A DNA stretch of 64,000 nt from Camelus ferus (GCF_009834535.1 NC_045696.1:65846001-65910000), one strand, 5' to 3'. Numbered from the stretch's first letter, positions 50,309 to 63,702 are shown. Numbers and translations: made by a program. The notes: generated by a model from the sequence alone, not told the origin.

Positions 50309-50930
50309 TTAAAGACTGTATTTTTTATTAAGTCCCACACTCATTTATTCTTTTCTGTCAACACAGATGGAGTGTCCCCACTCTGTGAACTGAGGATACC
50401 AGCATCCCTCCACTTCTGGTCGTCTGCCCAATTTTCCACTCCTGAAGTCCTGCCCTCTCTGGTTTGGTAACCCTTGCATCCTGTGTAATATAGAACGTTT
50501 TCACCTTCATGTCTGTAGGTTAATTTTAAAAGTGGTATGTCAATAGAATGCTCACATTACTTTGATTATATGAGTACAAATCATGCAGAGCACTAGTCAC
50601 AGCCTTGATGCTAGTATTTTAAATTCTATTTGGTTTGTTTCATTGCATTATATCCAAGATATATATCCTTAACTTCATCCAAACTTTCCATCCAAATGTG
50701 TTTCCCATCAACTCCCTGTGAATCCCGAAACTATCAGATTCTGCATTAAAAAGTGATCTTCTTGCTGCCATTGCCTTCTGTGTGTGAGGCAAACTCTTCT
50801 GTGCAATTTAACCTTTTGTTCCCAATTTCCCATGACATCTATGACTACTTCTCTGTCTGCTTTTTATTATTCAGAAATCTGTTAAAATATATCATTTGCT
50901 AATGACCCTAACTTTTCTATTATGTTGGGG

Positions 50931-50944
50931 AGCTAGCTAGCTAC

Positions 50945-51009
<65 letters not shown>

Positions 51010-51025
51010 CGTCTATCTATCTATC
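50931..51025. repeat. Compound STR: (AGCT)3, then (TATC)16 CGTC (TATC)3
   Basis: Counted directly; pure TATC run 50946-51009. Confidence 0.97.
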
Positions 51026-51773
51026 AACACATACTGTTTCTATATACATAAAACACATTGTTATTTTAATGTAGTCTCAAGAAGGAGAGTAAATACATTT
51101 ATATTGCTAACTTAACATTTCTTCCTGGGAATTTTAAAAATAAAAATTGGCAAACATCCATAGTTACAAAGGATCGTATTACCCAGGAGCAAGAAGCTGA
51201 GGTACAGGGCTCAAAACGATAGTTTTGATCCTTAAAATGTTGGGAAATTCAATATAGAAAGCAATAAAATTACAATAAAAATTAAGATGCACTTTGAAAA
51301 TATGGGTAAATAAAAACAATTTTCTATTTCCTTGTAAAGAAATCAAAATTTGAAAATGATTCTAGATTCTAGGAGCCATGCTTATCTCATTTTGATACCA
51401 TAGGAAGAAAGCACTAGTAATAAGAAAAATAAAATTATAAAATAAACTAATTCAGTATAAAGTGATCCTTGATACACATTTCCACTGGTGATTTGAAGTG
51501 AAGGCAGAATTTCTGAGTTCCCAGCTGCGTAACTAAGTTCATTTAAATAGGCGATTTATAGAAGGCTATTCAGAAAGTATGAATTAAAGAGGTAAAGCGG
51601 TTGCTGTTGACATCTCGCTCATGTTCCCTTATCTTTACCACTTCAGTGTATACCTGCCCCACTTTAGAATGTACACACCATTATCAGAGGACTAAATTAT
51701 TTGTTTGCCCATGTGGTTGTCCAGAAGTGCCAGAAGTGATGGGATTTTCCTGGATGAATACTCCAGATCCTCA

Positions 51774-52135
51774 TGTGGGTTGCATGTTTGTATCCTTTCA
51801 AAATTCGTGTGGTGAAGCCTTAACTGCCATTGTGATGGTTTTTTGAAAATGGGACCTGTGAGGAGGGGTTAGACATTAAATGAGGTCACAAGTGTGGGGA
51901 CCGAGTCTGACAAAATGGTGCTCTTTACAAAAAGAGGAAGAGACACCAGAAATCTCTCTCAGCTTGTGCTCAGAGGAAAGGCCACGTGAAGACATGCTGA
52001 CCATCTGCAAGCCAGGAAGAGAGCTCTCGCCAGAAACTGAACCCTGCCTGAACCTTGACCTTGGACTCCCCAGCCTCCAAAACTGCAAAAAATAGACGTG
52101 TGATGTTTAAGCCACAAGTCGTGTTATTACATTAC
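51774..52135 (+). mobile_element. MaLR LTR (MLT1A-like) nested within an older ERV-L LTR
   Basis: aaaagaggaagagacacc…ggccacgtgaagaca…ccatctgcaagccaggaagagagctctc…ccttgaccttggact. Confidence 0.88.
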
Positions 52136-52149
52136 ATCAGTTTGAGCCC

Positions 52150-52355
52150 GTCCCTTGAGAGGGATAACTGAGGTGTGTGTTCAATGTTGATTCTGTTTCC
52201 CCACTGGGACTGCCTGCATCGAGCTTGGAGAGCTATGCTTCGTTGGCTGCTGTCTTTTTCCTGTCTCACTTCTATATCAATGTTTCCTTCACCTCCCCTT
52301 TTCACTTAAATCTTTATCTGAGATTTTGCTTTTGTAGTAACTCAAACTAGGATGA
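52150..52355 (+). mobile_element. ERV-L LTR 3' part (LTR16/LTR33-like)
   Basis: ggataactgaggtgtgtgttc…cacttaaatctttatctgagattttgctt…aactcaaactagga; the 5' part is probably ~51700-51770. Confidence 0.55.
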
Positions 52356-53804
52356 GAAGCATACTCCTGGCCCAGGGCTTTTGAATTTGTTGGTACTTGT
52401 GCAGGAGTAGGGAACTGGGGGCTGGGCAAGGAGAGTGAAGGGAGGGAAAAAGACTTTGGTTCTAGCTTACTTTATGTATTTGCCTTACTTTCAAAGGACT
52501 CACAAGTAAATAGGATTTTTAAAACATACCCAATTACTCCTGAAAGTGCAATTCCTAAGGAGTGAATGTTTTTTCAGTGCTTGGGAATGGGAAATTCAAC
52601 AAGAAGTGCAACATAAATTGTTATTTAACAGGCAGTATGGGAAATAAATATCTTTAATTGTCTAACTGATAATTAAGATATTGTCCAACTGAACAATATG
52701 CCTGCTACATTTGTTAATGGATACACAGAGAAAGACAGTTTTGGGGGTAAGAAAAAAATATAATTTTATTAATGCCAGAAATACTGAGAATGCTGGGGCT
52801 TTTATAAAGGCAGATCTTTGCTGGAATTTGTGTCAAATAATTGCTTGGATTAATTCTGTCAAAAAATAAATCACTGAGTGGAACCTCTCAATGCATCAAC
52901 CAGTTTATCCCTATATTGGTAAGAAATGACCCAGGTAAAGAAGTAACCAACACATTATGTTTGCCTTTCCAACTGAAATTCAGTCTTTATTTCTGGTGCT
53001 CTGAATGCCTCTCTATGTCTGTATCTTCTTAGTCTTCCTGAAGACAAGCATCTTCTACCCTTACTTTCGTCTGCCTTTTCCATCATCCTTTCCTTCGTAT
53101 GACTTACTTCAGAATTAGTACTTGCATTATTCATATTTGAGGGTTAAATGGAAACTTTAATCTGTGGGATTCCAAGTGCTTTTTTTCTTTATTTTCCATT
53201 AAAATTATCCAAGTCCTTCATAATTACATTGGTTACAGGGTTTTATTTGATAAAATACCACTATTCAAAAGCAGCAAATAGAAAGTAGGCTGCTTTGCTA
53301 GTTTTTGACAGCAAGAGCCTGTTGTCTGGGTTCAAGATTGAGTAATAATCTATTGTCATAGAGTTTATTAATTCCACTAAAGCCTTTAATATAAGCTCAT
53401 ATTAATTGTATCTTTAAGCTTCATTCCTCAGCTTAGCAATGCTGAAATTTCCTAATTGGAATCTGGACTGTAATTATAATTTACTTAGCTGGAATTTAGA
53501 AAATATGTTGCCTCTTATAACTCTTAAAGTTGAATCCCAAGTCAAAACTTTTGCAAGAGAGGCATGAGGGAGTCTGACCTATACTTGCAGAATGTTGTCA
53601 TTTTATATGTAGTAACCCCTCAGAAAGTATGGGCACTTGGGGCATTTATATTCCTATGATGCTTTCTGTGTGGGTAAATGTTTCTTTTCAATGTTTTTTT
53701 TTTTTTTTAAAAAAGCTTATGAATTCAGTAACTAAAAGTTGGGATGATTCTTAAAAATGTTCAAAATGTAAAATTTTCTGGAGCAGAGCTCCTTTTGCTT
53801 ATAT

Positions 53805-53950
53805 TACACTTCTTCACAACCATCTTATGTGTTAAAGCTTTTCAGACGAGGAAAACACCAGCAAAGACTAAGACTCAGATATTTAAGTCAAGTTGACACA
53901 TACGTTTTACCATCAGCCTGTAGAAGTTGAAGTCAAGAGCGGAAACTTTC
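53805..53950 (-). mobile_element. MIR SINE
   Basis: cttcacaaccatcttatg…ttttcagacgaggaaa…actaagactcaga. Confidence 0.6.
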
Positions 53951-54789
53951 TAGAAAGTATAATTATCACTGAGAGAATGTATTTAGACATTTCGTGGTAC
54001 TGAAAATTCCATGTTACAGATTTGACTTCTGTAAAGGTGACTGCTGCTTCTCCCAAATCTTACAATCCAAAACGTAAGCTAGTTAAGACAGTGATGTTTT
54101 TGTGGCAAAAAACCATGGCAATAATTCAAAGTGTGAGCACTTCTGATAGTAGATTAGACATACTGTCTTGATCAAAGGACAATACATTTAATTAATTATT
54201 ATTCTGAAGGAAATTTATTTAGGGTGTTAGATGATAAATACACATCGAAGATACCGTAAGCACATTCAGAACTATACATTTTAAAGCAAATGGCAAATTT
54301 GAACAGGACGGAGATATTGGTTTGTATGTTTCACTTTCTCTTGCTGTAGAATTATGGAATGAGGGGAAGAAAACGCTGGGTGCTGGATTAAAGGGTACTG
54401 ACAATTCAAGCTTGATATACTTATCTGTTATTGTTATTGTCATTGATAATAATAACTGTAGTTTACTGAGTACAACTAGAGACCAAGCATTAAGCAAAAC
54501 CCAATATATTATTTCATTCTAATGTTCTTGAGCAACCAGTAAAAAAAGTAAGGTTCGGAGAAACTAGGTAGCTTCTCTGTGTGTATACTTTGCCAGGTAA
54601 TGGTGTATCTGGGTTTGGAAACATCCTTTCTGAATGACAAAGAATTTTGAATAGGATCTTCAGAGGGAGATAATAAAATTTTGGCCATTTGAGTCATCAT
54701 TGGTTTGCTGTGATTTATATGACTTCCATGTGACAGCATACAACTTCCATATAGTCTGAGAACCTTACGACAGCATACTTCCGTTTCTC

Positions 54790-55024
54790 CTGTTGAGGCT
54801 TTTGTGCCTGTTTTAAAATTAACTTTGTCAATTACCTTTTAAGAGATTTTAATTAAAATATTACATTTAGCTAAGTAGTTATCATTTGGGGGGGTGCCAT
54901 TCCACATGTAGATCTAGACCCCCACCTGGGACACTTTTCTTTCTGGTGTGAAGCACTCCCCTCACGGTTTTGTTTTGTGTGTCTGCTGGTCATATATTCT
55001 TTCAGTTTTTTTTTATGGCTAAAA
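54790..55024 (-). mobile_element. L1 fragment (ORF1/inter-ORF region) in antisense
   Basis: gtctgctggtcatatattctttcagttttt resembles antisense L1 ORF1 3' sequence. Confidence 0.55.
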
Positions 55025-56540
55025 TAAGTAATGAATGGAGCTTAAGTAATTGGAGAGATATATTGAGTTCGTGGATTGGAAGACCAAAATGCCAGCAGGC
55101 TTTTTTTGGTGGAAAGCGACAATCTGATTTTAAAATTCATATGGAAATGCAAAGGACTTAGAATAGCCAAAAATCAACTTTAAAAAATAACAATAAAGTG
55201 GAGGACTTACACTACTAGACTTTATGACATCATAAGGATACAAAAATCAAGACAGTGTAAAGGTGACACCAAGACAGACAGATGGGTCAATGGGACGGAA
55301 TAGAGTCCCAAAGTAAACCTACATATAGATATATAGGTGACTGATAATTCACAAAATTGCAAAGACTATTCAATGGTGAAATGACAATCTTTTTAGCAAT
55401 GGCTTTGGAACAACTGGATATTCATATGCAGAACAATAAAGCTAAATCCATGTCTAACAACATGTACAAAAAATTATCACAAAGTGGGTCATAGACCTAA
55501 AGTATAACTTAAAATTATAAAATTTCTAGAAGGAAAATTACGAGAAAATCCTTGTGACCTGGGTGTTTTCTTAGTTACAGCACCAAGGGCATCATCTATA
55601 AAAGGAAAAAAAAAAAGTAATGAGAGATTTCTTCAAATTGAGAACTTAGGTTCTCCAAAAGAGACTGTTAAGAAAATTAAAAGACAACCCACTGACAGTG
55701 AGAAAATGTTTGGAAGTCACATATTTGATGAAGGATTTGTATGCTGAATATACAAAGAATCTTCTAAATTCAAAAATGAGGAAAGAAACACCCAATTTAA
55801 AAATGGGCAATACATTTGAACAAGCAGTTCATCATAAGATGTATGACTGGTAAATAAGCACTTGAAAAGATGTTCAGCATTGTTAGCCATTAAGGAAATG
55901 CAAATTAAAACCACAATGAGATACATTGCATACCTATTAAAATATCTACCATACTGTTTGATAGCAAAGGTATATAGTAACCTGGAACTCTAATAAATTC
56001 TGGTGGGAAGATAAAGTGCTGAAATCACTTTGTAAAGCACTGTGGCATTTTCTTGAAACGTTAAACAGACACCTAACAGGTCATCCTGCTTGTATCATAT
56101 TTCCATTCTGCTTGTATCAATATTCCACAAGACAACTAAATACCCAACAACAGATGCATTTGTAAACAAATTGTAGTATGTAGATTTATAATATTAGTGG
56201 AATATTACATAATAATAAAAATGACAAAGAATAACAGAAGAAAGAAGTCAGATCAAAAAAGAATATATACTCTGTTATCCCATTAATACAAAAATTCTAG
56301 AAAATGCAAATGAATCTGTAGAGACAATGAGTCACTGCTTCGGGAATGCATGGGCAGTAGTGACAGGGGATTACAACGGGGGGATGACAAATGCGGAAGC
56401 TTCCGATGGTGATGCAGATGTTCACTAACTTGGCTGTGGTGATGGTTTCATAGGTTTATACAAATGTCAAAACTTATCGAATTGTATACCTTATGTCCAG
56501 TTATTGTATGTCAATTATACCTCAATAAACCTCAATACAG
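55025..56540 (+). mobile_element. Old L1 (L1MC/MD-like) ORF2 C-terminus and 3' UTR
   Basis: NWRDILSSWIGR peptide, gaaatgcaaattaaaaccacaatgagatac, and 3' end gtcaattatacctcaataaa. Confidence 0.9.
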
Positions 56541-56954
56541 TTTTTTTTTAGGATGGACAGTATAAAGATAGGTGGACTCTCCTTCTTCAAATATTAATTG
56601 AATGCTGCCGTGCTTGCAAAGCACAGTCTAGGCACTGAAACTACAAACCTGAAAACCGCATGCTCTCTACCTTTGAAGCAAAAGAAATTGTTGAGTAAAG
56701 AAAACATATGCTTTACTATAGTGCAATAAGGTTTTCATAAGAATTATGAGAGCTAAAGTGAGATGCCTTTGTTCAGTTTGGGGTTTGTGGGAAATAGAAA
56801 GGGAGGTCGGAAAAAAGATGGTGAATCCAAAGCAGAGAGAAAAACCTTTTATAAAGCAACTGGCGAAACAAGAAGCATTAGAGGAAGGTGTCTGAGAAAG
56901 TCAAGTCAGTAAGGTTGATTGAAAGAAGGCTTCCTGGTAGATAGATGACTGGTT

Positions 56955-57470
56955 TTTTATTGATGCTAAACACACAACTCCCCATACAAAATTATTTTAT
57001 TACACTTACAGATTCTGTGGGTAAGAAATTAAGGCAGGGCTCAGAAAGCATGGCTTGTCTTTGTGTTCCACAATGTCTGGTGCCTCAGCTGGGAAGGTTT
57101 GAACAGCTGAGGTGTGGAATCACCTGGAGGCTTTTTCACTCACATGTCTGGTGCCTGGACAGAATCGACTCAGATGGCTTCCTCCCTCCATACAGTCTGA
57201 GTCTCTCCGTGTGGCCTCTCTATACGACCTGTCCAGGATGGTGGCCTCAATGTAGTTGGATTTCCTACATTGCAGCTCAGGTCCAAGAGGGAGTGTTTCA
57301 GTGATCAAGATGGAGTTTTCATGGCTTTTTAAAATTCAGCCTGTACATAGCACCATTTCCTCCAGTTTGTCAAAGCAGTCACAAGGCCTTCCTGATTTAA
57401 GGGGAGGAAACATAGATCCATATCTGGCTATAAGAAGAGAGAGCATTTGAAGCCATGTTTTAAAATCACA
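56955..57470 (-). mobile_element. MaLR LTR (MLT1F/G/H-like)
   Basis: gattctgtgggtaagaaattaaggcagggctcag…tctggtgcctcagctgggaag…gccatgttttaaaatcaca. Confidence 0.8.
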
Positions 57471-57882
57471 AAATAGATTAATTTTAGAGAGATCTCAGAT
57501 CTATGAAAGTGATGGATAATTAAATCTCCCTGATTTTCTCAGCAAAACACATGACACATTTAACTGTTGAAACATGTATGGTGTTGGGGGTAGAATGAAG
57601 ATGAGAGAAAGAAAACTTGGTGATTTGATATGAGGGGAAACATTCTGGAAAAGCCACTTAGGCTGAGAAATCAATTACAGTGGAGATTTTGAGATTCTTC
57701 TGGGAATGAGAAAAGCAGTGAAATGAGAAAAAATGTTTAAAATAAAATTTATTAATCAAACTCATGGCAAAGATACCATGAGTAAAAGAAAAATATAGAA
57801 ATGTCAAAGATACATAAAAATAGATTAACATTTTTAATAGTGAATGATCTCACAAATCAATAAGACCATTGCCCAAGGTAGA

Positions 57883-57897
57883 AGAACATTATGTTCT
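57883..57897. promoter_or_regulatory. Perfect palindromic GR/AR/PR response element
   Basis: agaaca-tta-tgttct equals the consensus AGAACAnnnTGTTCT. Confidence 0.5.
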
Positions 57898-58007
57898 AAT
57901 AATGAACTAATACCACGTATGTGCCTGCAGCATTATGTGAAAACCTAGCATACCTTTTTATGAGAATATTGGGATTAATTAGAAAATAAGGAATCAGAAA
58001 GGAAAGG

Positions 58008-58210
58008 TTTTTTTTTTTTAACATTTTTTTATTGAGTTATAGTCTTTTTACAATATTGTGTCAAATTCCAGTGTAGAGCACAATTTTTCTGTTACACGTG
58101 AACATACATATATTCATTGTCACATTTTTTTTTGCTGCGAGCTACCACAAGATCTTGTATATACTTCCCTGTGCTATACAGTATAATATTGTTTATCTAT
58201 TCTATATTTT
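58008..58210 (-). mobile_element. Young L1 3' end, same family as 28928-29280
   Basis: Poly-T followed by attgtgtcaaattccagtgt…cattgtcacattttttt…ttccctgtgctatacagt, the reverse complement of sequence at ~29110-29280. Confidence 0.9.
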
Positions 58211-59374
58211 ATATTAAAAACATAGTTTCTTCAAAAAGTTTTAAAATATCTGATGACTATGAAACAACACACATTTGACATCTTTCTGTACCATTTGCTG
58301 TTGGCATCAGGAACATATTAGAGTTTCAATACAGGCATCGATCAGCATGTGCTTTGTTTTAGAAGATTTTTGTGTGGGAAGCGAGAAGAAGACTTATGTT
58401 TTGAGCAAAAGAAAACTTCAGACATTTTATACAAAGATATGTTTTGAATAATTTCAATTTATTTTATTCACAATAAGCATGAGTGTACACACTGGTAATT
58501 GCTGCATGTATAAGTTCATAAACTCAGGTTTCCCTTTGAATAGCAGAATATAGGGAAACCACCCGTTCCCAAATGCTGCTCTCCCTTTATCCCAACAGGT
58601 GGGCCTCGAGCTTTTCTATACATGTAGTTATTGCTGGACAAATCTTTCTCCCTTTCTCTAAGCCATTCGCCCCTCCCTTGAGCTCTGGTTCTTTATGATG
58701 AGATGACTCATTAAGCCTTCTTCCCGGCAGGGAGCTGACACCCAATTAATGAGCTGACACTGTTCTGTGTCCGCTCTCACTAGTGCAATAAGGCTCTGTT
58801 TACAAACACAGGCTGTTGTGCCTGTTAGGGAGGGCAGGTTAAAATCTCCCTGCTGGGACAGTTTGTTCCAAATCAGAAGGCTTCTCTAAACAATGCCTTT
58901 GTGCCTTCGACATCAGACATTCTGCTTTCAGCAGGATGCAAGTCACCCTAATGGCAATGTCCTCTTTGGCGGGAAAGGGAAAAATGGGACAAGTTTTTGG
59001 ATTATAAAGAACATAAATGGTAATATTTTATTGCAAAGTTATTCTCAATACTATCTAATGATCGATGATTGTTTACTTTTAAGGTAAAATTTTAGGTTTG
59101 GAGACTTTTTTTTTTTTCCAACTGAAGGTGTTAAATCTAGACTCCATCTGTGTTTTTATCTCTCCACCAGAATTCCATCTGCCCTCCTCCATTTGGCAAA
59201 CTCCTTCTTAACCTCAGGCCCCAGATAAAATATCATCTCTTCCGTGAACACTTTCTTGAATTTTTCAGAAAGGGGTAACTCTCTATGCAGTTACTTGTAG
59301 GAATTTTTAAATGCTACTATAGTAGCATTCATCACATTAGTTTGCTTTTAATTTTTCCCCTTCATTTTATAAAG

Positions 59375-60900
59375 AAATGACCAAGATTGGAGGAAGGGCT
59401 ACAAGGATATTGTGAAGACCTGTTTTGAATCTACAAGCAGCTAAGAGATTATCATAGTTTGGGAAAGCTTGGTGGTGGTGGTGGTGGTGAGTGTGATGGT
59501 TGTGATAGAGGTGAAAACATGTGATAAATCTGAGGTGAGATTTAGGAGATAAAAGTACAAGGAGTTGGTGGTCGATATTATATGGGAAACAAGATTGAGA
59601 TGAGAGACAGGTCACGAGTTTTTGGTTTTCATACTTTGCTGGATGATGGACTCATTGACTGAGTGAGAACACACCGGTGCTGTGTGGATTTCTCAGTTCA
59701 CTGTTTTATATGTTGGGCTTGAAGTGTCTTGAGGATACCTAGTTGAGGATGCAAGGAGGCAGTAGGTTTTTGTGTCTACAACTAAGGAAAATGTCCATAT
59801 ATACAGATACATATTTATACTCACCTGCATATAGTTAGTAGTTGAAGACATGAACATTGATGATAAAACTTAGGAAAAGGGTAGAAAATAAAGATTAAGA
59901 AAATCTAGGATTGAATTTTAAGAAACCTCAACATATAATAGGCAGATACAAGAGAAAAAGAGTTTGTAAGGGAGAGAAGGAATGGCTGAGAAGGAGAAAA
60001 ATAACTAACAATGTGGAGTCAAGAAACCAAGGGATGAGGAAATTTCAAAAAGAAGAAAAGAGATAACAAATGTTGCTGAGAGGTCAATTAAGATAAAGAT
60101 TGAAAATAGTTCATTGAATTCAGTGACATGGAACTTGCTCATTACAGTGGCAGGAGCTGTTTCGGTAGACTGACAGATGCAAAAGCCATACTAGAGAGGG
60201 TTGAAGAGTTAGTGCAAGATGAAGATATAGAAACACTGAACATAAGCAACTTTTTAAAAAATTGCGGTAAAATCTACATAACACAAAATTTACCATTGTA
60301 ATCATTTTAAGTGCACAGTTTCATGCCATTAAATACATTTACATTTTTATACAACTATCATCACCATCCACCTCCAGACCTTTTTTCATCTTCCCAAAAC
60401 TGAAACTCCATATACATTGAGCACTAACTCCCCATTCACCACTCGTCCCAGCATTTTAAAGCAAGGGGAGGATATAGAGAATAATTAGAGAAGAATGTGG
60501 ATTTGAGAGCCCTCCCCAATATTTTTTTTTCTGAATGAAAGAGACAGCATTTCTAAAAGTTCTTAAGAAGAATCCATCTGAAACACTTAATAGTTCAAGC
60601 TTCCGAAGAAGAAATAATGCAATGAGATCTAACTGTGGGCCTGAGCCTTAAATAGGAAAAGAGACAGTCTCTATGAAAGCAAGAAAAGGGAAAACAGGGA
60701 AGCATTAAATGCAAGTAAATTAGTGTTTAGCATTAAGGAAACTGGGAATTTCCACTGTGATTATTTATACTCCTTCTGTGACTGTCAAGGTGGAGTGCAT
60801 TAGCCAATGGTGTTGGGGTGGGGAGTGTTGGAGGTGTGAAGACAGTGGAGATGGCTTGATAAGGCTGCTGTAGACAGGAACAAAATGGTTTGATCAGAAT
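59375..60900 (-). mobile_element. LINE-2 remnant interrupted by an L1MB-like 3' end
   Basis: GA-rich antisense L2 phrases: aaatgttgctgagaggtcaattaagataaagattgaaaa and gtagttgaagacatg. Confidence 0.75.
60250..60452 (-). mobile_element. L1MB-like 3' end
   Basis: attgcggtaaaatctacataacacaaaatttaccatt…catcaccatccacctccaga…aactgaaactc. Confidence 0.88.
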
Positions 60901-61774
60901 AGGGAAAATGCCGAGTTGACAATAGTATTCCAGAACAGAGGCCCTATTATGTGTTAGATACATGTTCAAACACAAATATAGTCAATCAAGTTTTTTTTAT
61001 ACAGCATGTGTTTTTTTTATACAGCGTAACACCAGACACTGCACGAATCATAAACAATCACAAGGTGAACAGGAAAGGGCCCTTTCCCTCAAGGACTCCA
61101 TAATCTCATATAAGAGTAACTGTTTTTTACCTACTGTCTCTGAGTATTAGGGCCTGTGTCCCTAAGATACTTCTTTGGAGACTGAGGTAAATAGGGTAGG
61201 AAGAGAAACAATTAATCATGATCTTTCTGTTGGCTAAGAAGTAAAAGCTTAAAGAGGCTGTAGATGTTAAAATGATATTACTGCAACCAAAGACAAGACA
61301 ATGTCTTTCCTTTTCAAAAATTCTGATATTGACCCAACTCCAAACAGAAGTTCCATGTATTCAGTAATTAGTCTCCCAGTGCACGCTGACTCAGTGCCCA
61401 AATTCCCACTTAGAGACTCATCCTGATTTAACAAGAAGGCATAAGAGTAGTGAAAGAACCCAAAGTTATAAAATTAGAAACCTGCACTTACTTGTTAATC
61501 ACAGGTTAAAGAAAAATGAATAGAGAGCCCCGAAAACACAAGACGGCATATTTCCTATTTGGGAAATGTACATGGAAATGTTGGAAATCAATATTTTGAC
61601 AACATATATATGTATAGCATTTTAAAAAGGCATTTTTAGTCCACTGTCTTCCCTAGAAACTTGGAGAAAACAAGAAGAATTTAAAACTTGAAATAAAAAT
61701 TCCTTATTCAACAAAGTAACTGTGAATTCAAACTAAAACCATAATGTATGCTGAATTTATACCGTGAACTAGGA

Positions 61775-61990
61775 ATTAGCCTAAGCATCTTATGTGAATG
61801 AATTCATTAATTCCCAGAACAAACCTATGACTTAGATGTTACTCTTATTCCCACATCACAAACAAGAAAACTGACACAAAGAAAAGCTAAGAAATAAATC
61901 CAGGGATTTGTAGTCAGTGAGTGGTAGCGACAGACTTCGCTTGAGGGGGTCTGGCTCTAGAGTTTGGGCACTTTACACAGTCTCTCCCCA
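61775..61990 (-). mobile_element. MIR SINE
   Basis: aattcattaattcccagaacaaacctatga…ttattcccacatcacaaacaagaaaactga. Confidence 0.7.
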
Positions 61991-62814
61991 TTACTCCATA
62001 CTGGTAACTACTAGGAAATCTGAGAGCCAACATATACTTTTCAAACTGAGAACAGATACAGACCTCCCAAAAGAAGTGTTCCAACTTACTCACCCAGAAT
62101 AGACCCATCCAATGATCCTCTGATCAGGGCGACCCAAGAATCCTCTATAGACTTGTTACACTCAGAAGTATTAGGATGGAAGACAAATGAGAACAAGAGA
62201 CCTAGTCTCTTTATTGAAGAAGAGCCCTGGAGGTAAATGGAGAGAAGGAAGAAGAGAAATCAGGAAATCCCCGCTCTTAATTAAAAGAATCCATCATATG
62301 GGTTATAAGTGGCTGAGCCTTACATCTTAGTTTGCTGTGAAGCCCAGCTACCATATTGCTGCCATTCTTCATCCTCAGTCTGGCCTGAATAGCTTCCTAC
62401 TTTGAAAAGCATTCTGTGCACAAAACAATCAGGAAATCTGGATTTGGACACAAATTTGATGTAGTGACCTGAGTCACTTGATTCTCTGATGTTCCTTTCA
62501 ACACTGAATTTCTATAATTTATTAATTGTATTCTTCAGTTTCCAGAGTGGCTGACAATTTATTGCTAGACTTATGATTTTCAATTTGATCTTGCAAGAAT
62601 TCATCATGGTCATGTTGTATAGCTTATTTGTGGATAATGGTAACACAGATACACAAGCATTTATTTTTTCATATAATCCTGAAAAAATTTATTCAGCATG
62701 TTTTAGGCTTCAAATACCAATATTAATGACTGAAATACAAATATATATATATCTTTATTGTCATTGTATTATAAAATTCAGAGTGCCTATAAATGCATAG
62801 CATTCTGCATGTCT

Positions 62815-62975
62815 TCCTTGCAAGAATCCTGTAAGATTATTAATACCTTTGTTTTATGCAGAAGGAGATTGAGACTGAAAAGTTAAACAACTTTACCAAG
62901 GTCCTATAATCAGTAACAGAGTCAGAATTTGACTCTAATCTAAGTTTAAGCATCACATTCTCATCAACTATAGAA
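62815..62975 (-). mobile_element. MIR SINE
   Basis: gttttatgcagaaggagattgagactgaaaagttaaacaactttaccaaggtc…cagagtcagaatttga. Confidence 0.75.
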
Positions 62976-63652
62976 TATGTCTGCCCCTACCTGAGTGATG
63001 GGACATACATGTGGAAGCACTTGCCGCTAACACAAAGCGCCGCTTCAAATTCACAGGAAGAGATCAGAGAGGAAGGAATAATTGCTCTCTACCCAAGAAG
63101 AGAAAAACAGATCTAGATTTTAAAGAATGAGTATAAGATTTTCAGGCAAGGAAGCACAACAAAAACAAACAAACAAACTAAACCCTCAAAAACAAAAAAA
63201 CCCTGCATTTGCAAAGGCAAAGAAGAGGAGAACACGGGTAGGGCTAGGGGAGTGTGGGTAGATAATAGCTAAGGCCTGTGAATAATGGAAATCAAAGCTG
63301 AGGCTTGAAAAGGAAATTAGAGCTAGATTATAAAGAGTCATGAACCCATTACAAAGGAATCAAGGTTTCAATTTTCCCTGAGCATAACTATCAAAGTTGT
63401 TTAGTGGAAACTTTAGTAAATATCAAAGCAGTTTTTGGGGTCTTTTTGCATATAATTTTTCTACCACCCACCATCACAGCATAGCAGCCAACTTACTTAG
63501 ATTTGCTAGACATTGGTGTCTCCTCAAGACACAATTTCTATTTTTAAATTAGTTTATAATGTAGTTAAAAAGTGATACATTAATATATATAATACTTAAA
63601 TATATAGACATATATTTCTGTACATAACTGCTTAAAAAGAAACTATATATGC

Positions 63653-63658
<6 letters not shown>

Positions 63659-63696
<38 letters not shown>
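63659..63696. repeat. (AT)19 microsatellite
   Basis: Counted directly. Confidence 0.97.

Positions 63697-63702
<6 letters not shown>

Noticed and set aside
59367..59615. Poly-histidine ORF
   Set aside because: Arises from a (GGT)6 run at 59471-59488 within an L2 remnant.
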